A DNA stretch of 64,000 nucleotides from Haliotis cracherodii (taxonomy: Eukaryota), in NCBI RefSeq assembly GCF_022045235.1, contig NW_027266308.1, positions 69,006,001 to 69,070,000 of the forward strand, given 5' to 3'. The translations under genes were made by a program, and so were the position numbers. Below are positions 15,101-26,914 of this stretch, one piece after another (positions within the stretch are counted from its first letter, which is position 1; each line of letters starts with the position of its first letter). The notes beneath the pieces are model-generated. The model had not been told where the DNA came from. It saw nothing but the letters and a program-made list of their open reading frames with translations, and ran no database searches.

Positions 15101-18100
15101 ATTATAGTATTTTAAGTAATGTTCACATTTCAATATTTTGGCGTCGCTGGAGTCCTAAACCAAGTTTTAAAAATGGTCTAGCCTTAGCCTTTCTCTACAG
15201 AGAACGGAGATTGTTGATGTCATAGGTCTTGACAATCTACTGTAAAGGTATATTTGGTTTCCTATTCATTTCTTTGAAATAACTATGGTTACGCCCAGAA
15301 ACAAGGTTTCCATACTGCATGCCGACTACAGAGCTCCCGATAAGCTTTTGGTGTTGTGGGTATTTTACCCATGCATTTTAAAATAATTGGGTATCAGTAA
15401 TTCTATCTGCGTATTCAAATTTCTGTTACCCACTAGTTTTTACACATGTGGGTATTTAAGTTAAATATTTAAAAACACTACTCATCTAGTCCCTGCAAAC
15501 TGGTGTCGTGTGGGTTTGACAGCTTTATAGGACTTAAAAATACCACGATACTTCCGCACGAAAGTGTGATGGCAAATGATCATGATGTGACTGTGATCGT
15601 GGAGTTTGGCAAGGTTGACGGAATGCCCGTTTATAATTTCAAAATAAGTTTTGCTAATCGAATACGCAGGGTTACTTCACAATATTTTGATGATACGCAC
15701 AAATATTATTTTTGTAGCGTATCTGTAATGTTCGTTGCGTATTTGATACGCTTGGATTATATTTTACTGCGTATTTCTGCATTTCTGATGCGTATTTCAC
15801 GCAGATACGCAGCTTATCTGGAGCTCTGCGACTAAACAGAAGTCCAGATTCTAAAATATCATGCTAGAATAACAATTTAAAGACAGACAAAAGGAATATT
15901 TATACCAGACGATGATCCAGTTTTACACACAGGATGAAATGTGTCCTTGAGTGCTGGTATGTTTAGAGTTGGTGACGTGCATATAGGTTATACACCACAG
16001 TCACGCCGCTCAGCCTACTGGCATTTCCAGGACTACTAAAGGTTTCTTGTCAATATCTCTTTGTTTCAGTAATTCACATTCAGCATCAAACCATTTCTTT
16101 CTTTCTTTTCATGTAGAAAGCAACCCAACATAGAGCTTCTGCGATATTATCAAAACTCAACGTTCGAAATTACTGAGACGACAGGTTTGTTCAGTAATTT
16201 CAAAGTCAAAGAAAGATCTCTCATTAGAATATCCCCAGTCGGTTTGGTCTTATTTTTCTGACATATATGATAGAATAATTCCAACTTTCAAACTTGATAG
16301 TGTATTGCAATAGATTACAAAACAGTAGGTTTGGTTTTACTCTCCCAATATATGATGTAATAAAATTTAAATTTTCAAACTGGGTGTGAATTTTATACCA
16401 TAAGGCGCCCTATGAAATCAGAACAATGTTTACAATATTTCACTTTAAGGGACGACAGGACAGAGTCGAACCTTGATGCAGGTTGAGATAATCTGTGACA
16501 GCATAAACGTTTTCTAGTTTGTTTTTATCAGATTGACGTCATGAGTCTTCCGAGCAGGTTTAGTTGGGATTTCCCGATGAAACATATTTTGGCGAATGTA
16601 CAGCTTACTTTGCATCTTCTGTTCCGCGTCTGTCAACCACAGTGACACTGTGTTCCAATCTGTCAGTTTGTGTATGTCCAGCATCGCCAAATGCCCCCTG
16701 CTCATCAGCAAAGGGGTCAGTTGTGGACCATAAAAATTTATCTGGATCAATTAAGGATGGACAAGGTCTGAGAAACACATTTCTATCACGGGTCATGGGT
16801 GGCTCCTGTCGTCTAGGGCGACGGACCTCAATGTGCGGAGTTGCGTCCCTTGGCTACGCCAGAAACCTATGATTGTTGGTTCGAATAATGGTTCGCCTCG
16901 TTTGTTTCTAGGTTTGTCAGCACCAAACCCGTACACGTGGGTTCCACTAAAGTGGTAAACGTTTGAGGTCTGCATCACTTTGTCTGAGACCTGCATCACT
17001 TCCTACAGTAAGTTGAGGCACTGTGATATAACTGAAATACTGCTCCAAGTGGCTATACTGCTCACACTGCTATCAACTGTAATGCAAATCCACTGGTATC
17101 CCATTTCAGCAACACACATGTGGCAAGGGGGGCCCTCTTGTAATGCAGGGGTAGAAACTAACAGATTCAGTCCACTAGTCCTTATAATGATAACATATAG
17201 CAAAACCCCTAAAAATGGCTAATTTCTACTAGCCCTTGATACCTTTACTATTGGGCAGATTGGCAAGGACTACAGGACTAGTGCCAATTTCTAACGCCGT
17301 AATGCAATACAATGATTGAAGGCCAAATTCAATGCACCAAGTCTTATCAGTTCTTGTACCAGAGGATACGAGGACATGGCCTGTGATTCCCCCGGAGCCT
17401 GTATGCTGTGGGTAACGCTCTGTGACTGGGTAGAGACATGCCAGGGTTGACACGGAGAGGGGGGAGGGGGAGAGAGGACCCCCAGAGCTCACTCCAACTG
17501 CCATGCTTCTTCCCTTGAACCCTTTCACAGTCCCACAACACATAGTCTTCAGACAACCCTTCCTTGAACACAACCGGAAACAGGATGTTTTGTCAGATAC
17601 CTTTAGAACAAATACTAACACAAAATAGTCAACTGACTAATTAGGTTTGGTTTGCTTTATTTGTTGTTTAACGCTGCAGATAGTTGTACATAATCGAGTC
17701 TGAACCAGACAATCCAGTGACTGACATCATGAGCATCGATCTATGCAATTGGGAAAGGATTAGATGCGTAATGGGACAATCAAGGGTTGCTACAAACCAA
17801 TTATAACCCGGATCACCAATTATGCGACTGACACCATCAGAATGTCATCACCACAATGGGAACGTTTTATCCAGTCACACAACAATAAGCACATGAAATG
17901 AAAAAACTTACCCAAAGAAGAATCTTAAGTCATCAACTAACGACACACCCTTGACTTCAACGAAATTCCTCACACTATAAACATGAAAAGAAATGTCTTA
18001 TTTTGCGCTTTTGGGTTTATTTCATACATTAAATTCAGGACTAAAACGTGAATTTGTAAATCTGACGATTGGTCATGGGATAAAATTGAAACATTTTAGT

Positions 18101-20398
18101 TCCTGGTCTAATTCACGAATGGAAACCTGTCCTTCATATATCATATAGGCTAAAATTAACGGCATGTGAAAAATAAAAAAGCAAATTAATATGAAACACT
18201 GGTCGACTTTAATGTGCCCTAAATAGTTTTGATACTTTAAACACAACCTATAACAAGCTTCCAACTCACCTAAAGTCTGTCTGACATACAGCTCCACACA
18301 CTTTCATGGAAAATGTCGTCTCCAACTAAGACACATATTACTGAAGTTACAAACTGAACCAGCATACTAAATAGCATATTATTTGTTATAGTATTAGCAT
18401 GTAATGCAAATCTGAATCCTTTCATGGTAGGACTATTTATAGTCCAAGTGTGACAATTGTCTAGCCATGATACGTATACTTGTAGGGTACGGTTTGGGAT
18501 CTAGTTCTAGATCTAGAGAACAGACACATTTATCTTTATGACACATCTGTTGTAGGGCATTACAGATATTTCCAACACGCCCATCATCAGAGGGCCTTTA
18601 CTGTTTTCAGATACTGTTTAAAACTCTCCACTGCTAAAATATACAAGACGTTGTCGGAATGTTCAACTAAAGCAAACCTTTCCATGTAGGAATTTCAGCT
18701 TGTGTAAGAATCGGTGTATAAGCTGTCCCTCTGACACGATGTGGCTCTCACTCTGGACAATCTGAAATAGGTGTCTATGAATCAGAAACTGATAGGGAAC
18801 TAATGTTCATAATCTATGTGAGGCAATGTGAAGTGCCCATGCAATAAACTACAGAGACGAGTCACAGTAGGACAAGTGACTGTAATGAGGCAGATATAAT
18901 CCCATCTGTTTTATTCTAACTCTGGATGCTATAAACATATTTTGTTTGTTTCTTTGTTGTTAAACGCCTCACTCAGCAATATTCCAGCTATATGACAGTG
19001 GTCTGTAAACAATCGAATCTAGACCAGACAATCCAGTTGAGCACCTTGAGCATTGCTCTACACAATTTGGAATACCATGAAATATATCAACCAGTTAGCA
19101 TCCTGACCACCCGATCCGTTAGTGGCCTCTTACCACAAGCACAGGTTGCTGAAAAACAAACCGGATCTTCATGGGCAACACATTTTGACGTCCCATATAG
19201 GTTATGATATACTTGACACACATACCCTGAAATGTATCACAAAAGGGGGCGGAGTCTCGTTGAAGTCTGTATTTGGAGCCTCTGTTGAATGCTGACATTT
19301 GAGGGTTATGTCCCCCAGATCTGTCTGTTCCAACCAGAAGACCTCCTGCACACTGCCACGCGTGTGGTCCTGACAGGGCCGCTGTACTGACAAGTGACCC
19401 TCCTCCTCGCCACATTGCATGTACAGCAGTACCTCCGTAAATCGTGTCAGGGCCTTTTCTGTCAGCAAAGATTCATAGCAGTGTATGTGAGACTGTGTTT
19501 TCTTGTGTCGAATATGGACATAGACGATAGGCACATGTTAAAACCTTAATGTAACATTATTCATCCTATGGAAAAAGTACGTATTTGCATGATAAATATC
19601 TGAATGTGTTCCCATCCTTGGGAGTAAATGTAATTGTTTTACCAATTCAAATGGAAATAACGGGGGTTCAGGAAAGTGTAGTATTCAAAGATACTGGGAA
19701 AACTGTCCATAATTATACCAGGGCTCGTATTTGAAATAGATTTATGTAATTTCTAACTCAGTGAAACCGTGATTTGAATACCTTTGAACAGATTTTGTAA
19801 ATCCAAGTCTTGACTACTGGAAACTGAAAGTGGAATATATAACTGATCAGTTTTGTTTTGTCAATACATATTTCCACATTAGTATAGTCACACAACATGA
19901 ATTTGTATTGATATTAATGGAGGACTTGGGCGTCAATTTCCTGTTGTGAAAAATCAGACCAAATAGGTTTTTATTGCACTTAATAACACGTGACGTGACG
20001 GACGCTGACTTACCCCGAACATAGAACACTTGTCTGTCATAGTCATGATGAACTTTTTTCTTTGCTTTGATGTCAACAGCTATGCTGCAGCTAGACACAT
20101 CGAACTCAGCAAGAGGAAACGACAACACTAACGCTTGTATAACCTAGTGCAAACAATGTAATATATTAAAACAAAGGGCTATTGAAACATCAGTATTCAT
20201 TGCTTTAATTTAGTTAAAATCACACTTCTATATTGACTGAAGTCCTTTATATTTGTTGAACATATATTTACAAGCTAAAGACAGCGGTATAATAATAACA
20301 GACGCTTCTAGATACAACCTCAACAACTGATTCATAAATTGGAAGGTGTTGCATGCCAGCATGCCTGTTGACCAGCTTCAAGTGGAGACACTTGATTC
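6728..20398 (-). CDS. TOP6BL: Type 2 DNA topoisomerase 6 subunit B-like (TOPOVIBL, SPO11 partner), ~16 exons, 5' end uncertain
   Basis: Minus-strand exons ~20398-20319(?), ~20104-20014, 19458-19226, 18761-18678, 18325-18270, 17974-17912, 17562-17370, 16741-16609, 14922-14785, 11676-11552, 10502-10392, 9858-9775, 8692-8567, ~7897-7615, 7515-7433, 6778-6728 join in consistent phases. Collinear motifs resemble recalled vertebrate TOPOVIBL: IHRFLHKLKFLHGKLETTFSMKVCG, INFYGPQLTPL..LTDW, HSTNVSFRNDMSHLLQVDTRQTLENALKARLLEI, and terminal DDWLNEVMLDVADWL*. Confidence 0.82.
12230..13030 (+). mobile_element. Decayed Penelope-like retroelement (RT fragment plus 3' end) in a TOP6BL intron
   Basis: MLDFLIDNIYVKFGGKTFRQAVGIHMGTNCAPLLADMFLY matches the PLE RT motif GIPMGTNCAPLLADLFLY. 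Downstream YLDL and FPIVNFPF blocks are broken by frameshifts and stops. Confidence 0.85.
15329..15828. mobile_element. 500-bp non-autonomous DNA transposon (hAT-like MITE)
   Basis: TIRs CAGAGCTCCCGATAAGCT / AGCTTATCTGGAGCTCTG (1 mismatch), flanked by direct repeat CGACTA. Confidence 0.8.
16742..17369 (-). other. U12-type (minor spliceosome) GT-AG intron in TOP6BL
   Basis: 5' site GTATCCTCT at 17369-17361. Branch site TCCTTAAT at 16757-16750 lies about 10 nt before the AG, with no polypyrimidine tract. Joins the flanking exons in frame. Confidence 0.75.
17146..17298. mobile_element. ~150-bp MITE; related copies at ~62790-62944 and ~63090-63257
   Basis: Imperfect CAGGG(G/T)TAGAAA termini and flanking TAATG duplication. 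The body (GTCCACTAGTCCT...TTGGCAAGGACTA) is shared with two oppositely oriented copies near 63 kb. Confidence 0.65.
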
Positions 20399-21764
20399 CT
20401 GCAAAATAAGAGTAATTGCCTTGGTGTCGTGGATAATAAAGTTACTAGAAATATATTATTAATTGCCAGGCTTAGATTCAGTCCATTAGAACAGTGAACG
20501 AAAGATGATTAGATATTATTATACATTTTCTTTTGTTTGATGCCTTATTGAAAGCTATCACTTTCAAGGGATTACCTAGTCACCGAAAATGACCCTGATA
20601 TAGAAAGAATACTGAAGCTAAAAAGTATGAAACAAACGGGGTATGTAAATTATATTAATGAGACATGACAAATCTGAAGGGAGGGAAACAAATTCGTATC
20701 TAGATACCAAATGATGTGCTCCATTTCAACTTCTCGTTTGTTTCAATGTTCTGATTGCTACATGGTCCTTTAAATAGTCAGTTATTCAAGATGACCATAA
20801 TAAACAAAAACATTTTGCGGAATGTTGTGCAAACCTTTTCATATATTAACAATGTAATATATTGATAAGAAATTGACCAATGCTAATTTCAAGTTAATAA
20901 CTTAATATTTTCTCTCCAATTTGTCTCCATTCTCTTTACGTCGCTGGCAATATTCCAGCTATCGCGACGGCCAGTTATTAATCGAGTCTGATCAAGTGAC
21001 TGAAAACATGAGCGGCGACCCACACCACCAGGGTACACAGCTTGTCAGTGTTCTGGCCCCGAATTACCAATGCCTCTCCCATGTAGAGGGTTTCATAAGA
21101 ATGAAGGGATACTGGAAACAATGTGACAGAACAGACCTAAATCTCGGCCAAAAGTGGCCCTTGACATAGGCCTGTACGCATGACATTTTGCACGAAATGT
21201 ATGAATTTTCAGTGATATTGCTTGTGACATGTAACATTTTCAAGATATCTTCAGCACATTTTGGATATCAGTTAGTCAGTGTCCTAGAAAGTGAACCGAT
21301 CTGAATCCCTGATATCTTTCATTAATAATATTATTGTAAACACACTGTAGTCGCTATAGTTGCTCGAGTGTGGTCCTATCACATATGTTTCTGTGTCTCA
21401 ATACTGGGAATAGACGATGACGTGAACTTTCAAACCGTACATGATTGTATGTCTAAAGTTAGCAGAAGTAAACTGGACATTAAACTTACAGTTTGTTTGA
21501 CTTGCACTGTTCCACTTCGAAATTGTCTAGAACGAACGGCACTCATAAGCTCAATGAAAACAGTAAACGTCTGATCGAAATAAGGGGGATAACTCCCAAA
21601 CTTCGCTCAAGGGAGGTAATCAACCAGTTGCGTGATCACAAGTAAAAAATAATTATAGCTTTGATGCATGTATCTCAAAAACACAAATATAACGTATTTG
21701 GTAAGCAGATTCAAAATTCAAAATGGTAAACAAAATTGTGCATGTAAAAAAAAAATACTGAAGC

Positions 21765-21902
21765 NNNNNNNNNNNNNNNNNNNNNNNNNNNNNNNNNNNN
21801 NNNNNNNNNNNNNNNNNNNNNNNNNNNNNNNNNNNNNNNNNNNNNNNNNNNNNNNNNNNNNNNNNNNNNNNNNNNNNNNNNNNNNNNNNNNNNNNNNNNN
21901 NN
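21765..21902. other. Assembly gap (N run)
   Basis: Run of N characters. Confidence 1.
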
Positions 21903-22381
21903 GTTCACTCGGTGTACATGTAATATATAATAAGATAAAAAAGTCCACGTTAGTCCATCATCTTCTTTATATCAGTTTCAAACATAGTACTTTCGCTGTC
22001 TCATGACAGCTCTTCAGTGTAACATTCAGTTTAGTTTTTCGCACCCTTGTATAACATTGGATTGGTTTCGTCTTTGAGCGATATTCAGCCTTTGTAGCGT
22101 GAATTCTGACATGTGCTTTTGCGATTTTTGTTAATTAGGATTCGGGATTCAGGGGAAGCCGAGTTGACACCTTCATTACTTCCACGAACATTAACGACAA
22201 ATTCATTGATGCTTCTAACGGCGATAAGATCCGTGGAGTTATGTCCCTTTCATCGTATTGATCACATGATCTCATTATGACGAGGAACCGTGATTCGGCT
22301 TGTGTTTACAGCGACACGCACGACCTGACGAGAAATGCAGTGTACGTGCAGTGACAACGAATCTACTATTTGTCTGTCAAC

Positions 22382-25300
22382 ATGAGGTGAGTATCCACAC
22401 CACCCGCCATGCACGAAACTTTGCAACATCAGCTAGTAAATGATATTTTCATAGTCTTCGGCAATGGCCGAGCCAAGATCTGGGCCTGGGTCACTGTTGT
22501 TTACTCCAGACGATATGCTATTTATATCACCCTGTTTACCATCTCAGCTCCCACCGACTTCTACTCAGGAATGTGCAAGCGTAAATTTGGCAACTAGATA
22601 TTTGAGTCGCGTCATTTTGATAACATTCTGATAAATATTGATATATAAACCTCGTATCCTGTCATTAGAGCATCTTAATATCCACAAGCACTGGATGGCG
22701 GGGAATATTTCGCGGCCTGAATAATGCATCGCGCTAGACGTGTTTACATCAATGTTACACCGGGGATAGATGAGGGCCGTTGACTCCAGTCTGCGCCACT
22801 CTGCAGTTTACACCACATAGTCCCACGTACCCATCCTAGCGAACCATTATTCCAAGAATATGAGGTCGCGTGCTGCAAGCATTGCGTGATGCGACATCAT
22901 GTTTTAGTAGGAGATTGATTCCTTCGATAGGTTTACCAACAATATGAGGTAAGACGTATTTACTGTATACATTTCGTGTTGAATGTAAGTACGTATGTTG
23001 AAAGTTATCAGCGCGGCGTTTGTTTTTAAGACGTCTGTCACGGCTACATCTTTCCGACGAAGGAAACAAGGAGGTAGATCTTAATCTGAGGAACAAGTAG
23101 TGCGCCTGATTCTTAAAACGAACTAGCATACTTAAACGAATATATTTATTCCATGTGTTCGGAATTCGGTTTTTTGTTTGTACCCATGAATTTTCCATCA
23201 TCTAACGGAAGGTGTGTGTTCAGCTTCTGGAATCACAGCATGCAAAGCACCTGTGTTTTGAGGATGATATTGATGTATTTGAAATATGCTATTTATCAGG
23301 TGTAGCATTTGATTCCTGATATGTTTTTTATCACTTTTAAAGTTTTCGTAAAATTGTTTGGGCGTTTTTCACTAATCTATGTAAAAATACATCCTTTCTA
23401 CACATCCATCTTCAGTGTAGTGACAGACTGTGTTGAAGGAAGACCCTATTAGTACATAATTATACAGCACAGCTGGTCAATTAAGGGAGGTAACACAACA
23501 ATAATGCCAGAAAGGAATGGTAAAGTTTTTAGTTAAAACAGTGCATGACAAGGAAATAGTCCAATATGACGGGGTTAGGTGGAAGTAATAACACGGCATA
23601 TGGTGTATTATAGATCAGTTATGACAGCCAAGACATGTGTCTGTCTTATTTCCTCATTGATCCTGTTAGAGTGTTTTAGGTTGGCTTTGATCCATGTTAG
23701 GACTAACAGGTAACCCACATTTACGATTACAAGATACAAGTGTGTGTGATAACCGAAAGCGGTGTGGTAGTAAGATGCTATTGGTAAGTAGCATGGTCCT
23801 TTGTGTTTTGGAGTTATTTCCCTTTGTATTGTACAGGATGAGTATGTACAGTGGACAGTATATTCTCACCTTTCATTAACGTCAGACAGTGTATGACAGT
23901 AATATTGTCATGGCATGTATAGTAGAAACATCAGGTGTTTCTTGGACATGAGCTCCATGCAGATATGGAGCCTAAATGTATTTTTAAATGTTCATCAAAT
24001 TGTCATCTAAGGAGCATTGTGACATTAACCACAAGCAGCATGCATACTGTGCTGTGTGATATCATTGCACATTATTTCATCTGGCCCAGCAACCAATCGA
24101 TGGGTCAACTGCAACTGATACAGCCAGGATACCTACCAGGCACAATAAGATTAATAGTCAGCATTACATTAACTTAATGTTTGCTTTCATGTTTTCCCCC
24201 GTAGACGCCTCCCACATGGGGATACGTATGCAGAGTAGTTCCCCTGTGAGTATCACCGTAAATCCCATCCATGTTGGGATTCCAGGTTGAATTGTTCCCA
24301 AAGGCTACACCGATAGAACCCATTCTCGTGGGTATTCCGAATAGTTCCCCTGCTGGAACCCCACAGACACCACCGTGCGGGTATTCCAGGCAGAATAGTT
24401 GCCCCGTGGTTACCCTGCAGATGCTGCTGATGTGGTATTCTAGGCAGAATAGTTGACCCGTGGTTACCCTGCAGATGCTGCTGATGTGGTATTCTAGGCA
24501 GAATAGTTGCCCCGTGGTTACCCTGCAGATGCTGATGATGTGGTATTCTAGGCAGAATAGTTGCCCCGTGGTTACCCTGCAGATGCTGATGATGTGGTAT
24601 TCTAGGCAAAATAGTTTCCCCTTGGTTACCCTGTAAATGACGCTGATAGGTATTCTAGGCAGGAAAGTGCATCTGTGGGTTTCCCGTATATAAGCCCATG
24701 GGTTCAATTCCCGGTTCGCCCTGATAATGTTTCGAGGTTTGTCAACACCATACCCATGGGTTTCACCAAAGTGGTGAATGTAAACCTGGATCACTCAATT
24801 CAGGTTACATATAATTGAAATATTCATTCACTCCCAAATATTATGCTTTCAAAACTTGTCCCCCCAAGGTAGTTCCCGGTTAGAATTAACATTCCATGCT
24901 GGTTGTAAGAGGCGACTGGATTGGGTAGACATGCTCGGTGACCTGTTGTGTGTGTCTCATAATATCTGTATTTTTTTATTGTCCTGACCTACTGACCTAG
25001 AATGGTTTATTTACAGACTGTCATATAACTGATTGTTGAAATGCAAACAAACAAATACGAATCAATAGTTTTCTAGAAATAGACCTAACATGTCTGACCT
25101 TTTACTTCTCTTGCAGTGTCTTCAGTGATGTGGAACAACATGACTGTCGAGTGGTTGCCTCCGTAGTCAACAGTGACATCAGCGAAGAGGGGTTGCATCA
25201 GGGGCTCTTTGGCGTCATCAACCAGGAGTGTCCAAGATGCGTGGCTGCCATCTTAAAGTTTGGGGTTCCAACTGAGGTTCGTGATTCTGACCACTTCACG

Positions 25301-26914
25301 CCTCTAGCCGTCGCAGCCAAGGTGGGCTCAGCCCCGATCGTGGAGCTCCTGCTGCAATGGCACTGCAGTGCCTCATCCCCGAGTGGGCCCTTGGGAAACA
25401 CACCGCTACACAACGCATCAGCAGACGGCCATGTTGATTGTGTGCAATGTCTTATCAACGCCAATGCAGATATTAATGCCAGGAATACCCAAGAGGACAC
25501 TCCACTCATACTTGCCGCTATGCATGGCCACTTGCCAGTCGTGAAGCGATTGCTAGCCTTCCACGCCTCCGTCAGACGGAGGGGTTACCACGAGAGAACT
25601 GCCCTACACTGTGCAACAGAAAATGGACATTTGAGTGTCTGCAGGTTTCTAGTGAGTGCCAAAGCTGATTTAGAGGAAGAAGATACATTTGGCAATACTC
25701 CCTTGATATGTGCTGCCGAGAAGGGCTATGTGGAGCTGTTGAAGTTGTTTCTGTCCAACAAGTGTGATGTGAACCGCATGAGCCATAGTGCCGCCACTGC
25801 TCTCCACTACGCGGCTCAACATGGTGACAGCGTCTGCTGTGGGATACTTCTGCAGAACGGAGCCGAGATAGATGCCCAGGACATCCGCCGCTTCACACCG
25901 CTCATGATGGCCGCCATGAACGGCCATGATGACGTAGTGGGTATGCTCATAGATTGGAAATGCAATGTTAATATGGTGGCTTACAACAAGCGTATTGCCC
26001 TCCATCTGGCTGCTGAACGAGGCAAACTCAAGTGTTGTAGTCTTCTTTTGAACGCAGGCGCAAGCATCGATAGTCAAGACTCTCTGGGATGTACGCCAGT
26101 TCACATTGCAGCTCTCAAGGGGCATGTGCAGGTCATGAAGTATCTCATAACCAGCGGTGCTGATCTCCACAAAAGACCAAACAATGGCCACAGTCTCTTG
26201 CACTATGCAGCAGCCGGCGGCAACGAGGATTGCTGTCAAGAACTGATCTCCAGAGGCTTTGATATCAACGCCCAAAACAATGATGGAATCACGCCTCTCA
26301 TCAGCTCAGTACACACCAAGCAAGTGACGACCGCACAGCTACTGCTGCAGGCGGGATGCAAGACCACCTATCGTGGCCTTCATGGCATGACGGCGCTCAA
26401 CGAAGCAGTCTTCTACAACCACCCACTTCTGCTGTCAATGTTGTTAGATTACGGAGCCGACCCAGACATTGAGGACGATGCAGGAACTTTGCCGCTGTGG
26501 TTCGCCGTCGACCAGTCTTCCATGGAGAACCTGAAGCTGTTGCTGAGGTCAAACTGCGGGTTCAACATGAAATCCACACTGAGCAATTCCTGTGGGCCAT
26601 GCAACGCAATAGAGCACGCTCTGCACAAACAAAAAATTCAAGTCATCATTTGGCTAATTAGCACTTATTGTGAGGAGGCTGCCAATGTTCTTCGATCTCA
26701 CCTGTCCGAGTCAGACAAGTTATCTTCCATGAGCAAGACCTTCCTCGCCAATGTCCACGAGCAGCTTCAGGCACCACAGTCCCTGCTTTGTCTTTGTCGG
26801 AAGCAGATCAGAGCTGAGTTGGGTCAGGGGAAGATCATCACCAACAAGATCCGGCAGCTGAAACTGCCTAATGTTCTCAAGAACTTCCTGGACTTCAGCG
26901 ATCTCACGGAGTAG
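22382..26914 (+). CDS. Ankyrin repeat and C-terminal SOCS box protein (ASB-like E3 ligase substrate adaptor), ~600 aa
   Basis: ATGAG|GTGAGT at 22382-22386 splices in frame to TTGCAG|T at 25117 (MSVFSDVEQH...). One long exon runs to the stop at 26914 with many ankyrin repeats (GNTPLHNAS, TPLILAA, TALHCA...) and SOCS box PQSLLCLCRKQIR...IRQLKLPNVLKNFL. Confidence 0.9.
24381..24662. repeat. 54-bp tandem repeat, ~5 copies
   Basis: Unit GTATTCTAGGCAGAATAGTTGCCCCGTGGTTACCCTGCAGATGCTGATGATGTG. Confidence 0.9.

Noticed and set aside
25198-26275. Antisense ORFs inside the ankyrin gene (also 37806..38234)
   Set aside because: Shadow frames of genuine coding sequence on the opposite strand.
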